DNA of 59,162 nucleotides, filler included. It is 8 parts of 8 records of this genome, joined end to end, with 100 filler letters (N's around TTAATTAATTAA, not from the genome) between each part and the next. Parts side by side here need not be neighbours in the genome. Positions count along the whole stretch, not along the records: positions 52,626 to 59,162 come from SRR31156797_57352; 7 more parts are not named here. One strand, written 5' to 3'. The notes under the pieces were generated by a model. That model did not search any database and was not told the origin of the DNA. It saw only the letters and a list, made by a program, of their open reading frames with translations. The position numbers were made by a program, and so were the translations under genes. Positions 57,015 to 59,162 of this stretch are shown here, piece after piece; within the stretch, counting starts at the first letter, position 1, and every line of letters begins with the position of its first letter.

Positions 57015-57983
57015 TTAAACAATTCCTTCTTTTAAAATATCGTGTAGATGAACCATACCAATATATTTACCTTCATCAACAACTGCCAATTGTGTGATAT
57101 TGTAGTTTTCCATTAGTTGGAATGCATTTATTGCTAAAACATCGGAACTGGTAGTCTTTGGATTTGATGTCATAATATCTTTAGCCGTAAGGTGACTTAC
57201 ATCTTCGTTTTTCTCCAACATTCTTCTTAAATCACCATCGGTAATAATTCCTAATAAATCATTCTCAGGATTAACTACTGCAGTTGAACCCATCCTTTTC
57301 GACGAAATTTCAAGAATAATTGGTCTGATATTTTCATCAAGAGAAACTTTTGGAGGATTTTCTTTTGAAACTAAATCACTTACACGTAAATATAGTTTCT
57401 TGCCAAGAGCTCCACCTGGATGGTATTTTGCAAAATCCTGTCCTGTAAATTGTCTGCATTCTAAAAGAGATACAGCAAGAGCATCTCCAATTACTAGTTG
57501 TGCTGTTGTAGAGTTGGTAGGAGCAAGGTTATTTGGACATGCTTCTTTTTCCACTACTGCTTTTAAAACAAAATCGGCTTGTTTCGCCAAAAATGAATCC
57601 AAACCAGAGACCATTGCAATAAGTTTATTTCCCATGTTTTTGATGAGTGGTACCAAAACTTTGATTTCTGGAGTATTTCCACTTTTCGAAATGCAAATCA
57701 CCATATCATCAGGTCGAATCATACCTAAATCCCCGTGAATTGCGTCGGCAGCATGCATAAATAGAGCAGGTGTTCCTGTTGAATTTAATGTTGCTACAAT
57801 TTTATTCGCAATGTTTGCACTTTTGCCAATTCCTGTTAAAACAACTCTTCCATTGCTGTTTAAGATTAACTCAACAGTTTTAACAAAATCTCCGTCAATG
57901 TATTCTTTTAATTGATGAATGGATTTTGCTTCCTCTTCGATTGTTTGTATTGCAATCTGTTTTATATCGTTCGTAGACTTCAA
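57015..57983 (-). CDS. kdsD: KpsF/GutQ family arabinose-5-phosphate isomerase (SIS + 2 CBS)
   Basis: TGIGKSA, ATLNSTGTP, AIHGDLG, SKSGNT.E, EACPNNLAPT.ST, HPGGALGK, GIITDGDLRR; TTG start; TAATTTTG box at 58008-58015. Confidence 0.93.
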   Translation of the reverse strand: MKSTNDIKQIAIQTIEEEAKSIHQLKEYIDGDFVKTVELILNSNGRVVLTGIGKSANIANKIVATLNSTGTPALFMHAADAIHGDLGMIRPDDMVICISKSGNTPEIKVLVPLIKNMGNKLIAMVSGLDSFLAKQADFVLKAVVEKEACPNNLAPTNSTTAQLVIGDALAVSLLECRQFTGQDFAKYHPGGALGKKLYLRVSDLVSKENPPKVSLDENIRPIILEISSKRMGSTAVVNPENDLLGIITDGDLRRMLEKNEDVSHLTAKDIMTSNPKTTSSDVLAINAFQLMENYNITQLAVVDEGKYIGMVHLHDILKEGIV

Positions 57984-58244
57984 AATGTGTTAATTTTATT
58001 GTTGTTACAAAATTAATCAAACTCAGAAACTTCGGATAGTAAGACTTCGTTAAAATCTGTTAAAAGCTTCGAATGTTTTGATTTGTACAAGTGTTTATCT
58101 AAATTTAAAATACAAAAGTATCTAATTTTTGTAATTCGGGGATTGATGGTGAGGTAAAATTCATCATTAAAAGTTTTAGGTCACTAATATTGTATTAATT
58201 TAGCGGACCGCATATCAATTTTAGGAAAGTATATCAATAAAAGT

Positions 58245-59162
58245 ATGGGAAAGGACTTTGAATTATCAGCTAATTTAAAGAAATATTTTGGATTCGAGAA
58301 TTTTAAGGGGAGTCAGGAATCTGTAATTCAAAATATATTAGATGGGAATGATACATTTGTTTTGATGCCAACTGGAGGGGGGAAATCTCTCTGTTATCAG
58401 TTGCCGTCGTTAATTTTGGAAGGTACCGCAATCGTTATCTCACCTCTTATTGCATTGATGAAGAATCAGGTTGATGCTATGAGAAACTTTGGTGAAGATG
58501 ATGGGATTGCACACTTTCTGAATTCATCTTTATCAAAATCAGCTACTTTAAAAGTAAAGGAAGATGTTATTGAGGGGCGCACAAAATTATTGTATGTTGC
58601 ACCTGAGTCTTTAACCAAAGAGAGCAATATAGAATTCTTAAAACAGGTTAAGATTTCGTTTTATGCTGTTGATGAAGCTCACTGTATTTCGGAATGGGGG
58701 CATGATTTTAGACCTGAGTATAGAAAAATTAGACCAATTGTGAATGAGATTGGTGCTGCTCCTATTATTGCGTTAACGGCAACAGCAACACCAAAAGTTC
58801 AGCATGATATTCAAAAGAATTTGGGTATGCTGGAAGCAACGGTTTACAAGTCGTCCTTTAATCGTCCAAACCTTTATTATGAAGTACTTCCTAAAGTAAA
58901 TGCTACTAAGGAGATTATTAAATTCATAAAAGGAAATCAAGGTAAATCTGGGATAATCTACTGTTTAAGTAGAAAGAAAGTGGAGGAGTTGGCAGAGACT
59001 TTACAAGTGAATGGGATTAAAGCTGTACCTTATCACGCAGGTATGGATTCTTCAACCCGATCGGGAAATCAGGATAAATTTTTGATGGAAGATGTGGATG
59101 TGGTTGTTGCTACTATTGCTTTCGGAATGGGAATTGATAAACCCGATGTTCGTTTTGTTATT
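58245..59162 (+). CDS. recQ: ATP-dependent DNA helicase RecQ, 3' end runs off the window
   Basis: Not in the ORF track; hand translation MGKDFELSANLKKYFGF...LMPTGGGKSLCYQLP..SPLIALMKNQV..YVAPE..VDEAHCISEWGHDFRPEY..ALTATAT..GIIYC..YHAGM..VATIAFGMGIDKPDVRFV. Confidence 0.97.
   Translation, partial: MGKDFELSANLKKYFGFENFKGSQESVIQNILDGNDTFVLMPTGGGKSLCYQLPSLILEGTAIVISPLIALMKNQVDAMRNFGEDDGIAHFLNSSLSKSATLKVKEDVIEGRTKLLYVAPESLTKESNIEFLKQVKISFYAVDEAHCISEWGHDFRPEYRKIRPIVNEIGAAPIIALTATATPKVQHDIQKNLGMLEATVYKSSFNRPNLYYEVLPKVNATKEIIKFIKGNQGKSGIIYCLSRKKVEELAETLQVNGIKAVPYHAGMDSSTRSGNQDKFLMEDVDVVVATIAFGMGIDKPDVRFVI

Noticed and set aside
52795..59162. lptB, DUF5686, tatC, kdsD, recQ as a novel system
   Set aside because: Looks like an ordinary Bacteroidota housekeeping neighbourhood, with separate promoter boxes before several genes.

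Overview
The window is not one locus. It is eight unrelated contig pieces joined by seven artificial 100-nt linkers (N44-TTAATTAATTAA-N44): A 1-8539, B 8640-13815, C 13916-20373, D 20474-27907, E 28008-34452, F 34553-46466, G 46567-52525, H 52626-59162. Base composition and gene content differ sharply between pieces, so it looks metagenomic. Taxonomic impressions are inference only: H Bacteroidota-like (TAnnTTTG promoters), E/F/G Desulfobacterota-like, D spirochaete-like, B/C planctomycete-like. A: IclR, FAH, tctCBA, Gfo/Idh/MocA and 2-oxoacid:ferredoxin oxidoreductase alpha cluster, an AT-rich phased repeat array and a divergent NHL-repeat gene. B: PQQ/GSDH-type propeller, linalool dehydratase-like membrane protein, orphan, XRE-HTH fusion. 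C: OmpA/MotB, comEC-phoA-mini-protein operon, ferritin-like, YyaL. D: LuxR, hexokinase, response regulator, hybrid kinase, RNase II/R. E: ackA end, two tandem fabI paralogues, a low-GC permuted papain-like gene, pqiAB without adjacent pqiC. F: U32, VF530, gdhA, metallo-lactonase, Liv-type ABC transporter, multiheme cytochrome interrupted by an IS fragment. G: hutU/hutC with operator, GNAT, PaaI, ALDH, dmpG. H: tRNA-Leu fragment, lptB, DUF5686, tatC, kdsD, recQ. Five features missing from the ORF track were read by hand: OFOR alpha, ackA end, IS fragment, tRNA fragment and recQ. I saw no CRISPR array, prophage or recognisable defence system. The best novelty candidates are the fabI/pseudo-fabI pair, the orphan PPPDE-like peptidase cassette, the comEC-phoA-RnfC_N-like mini-protein operon and the contig A catabolic cluster with its repeat array. 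All family calls come from motif recognition by eye, not database searches.
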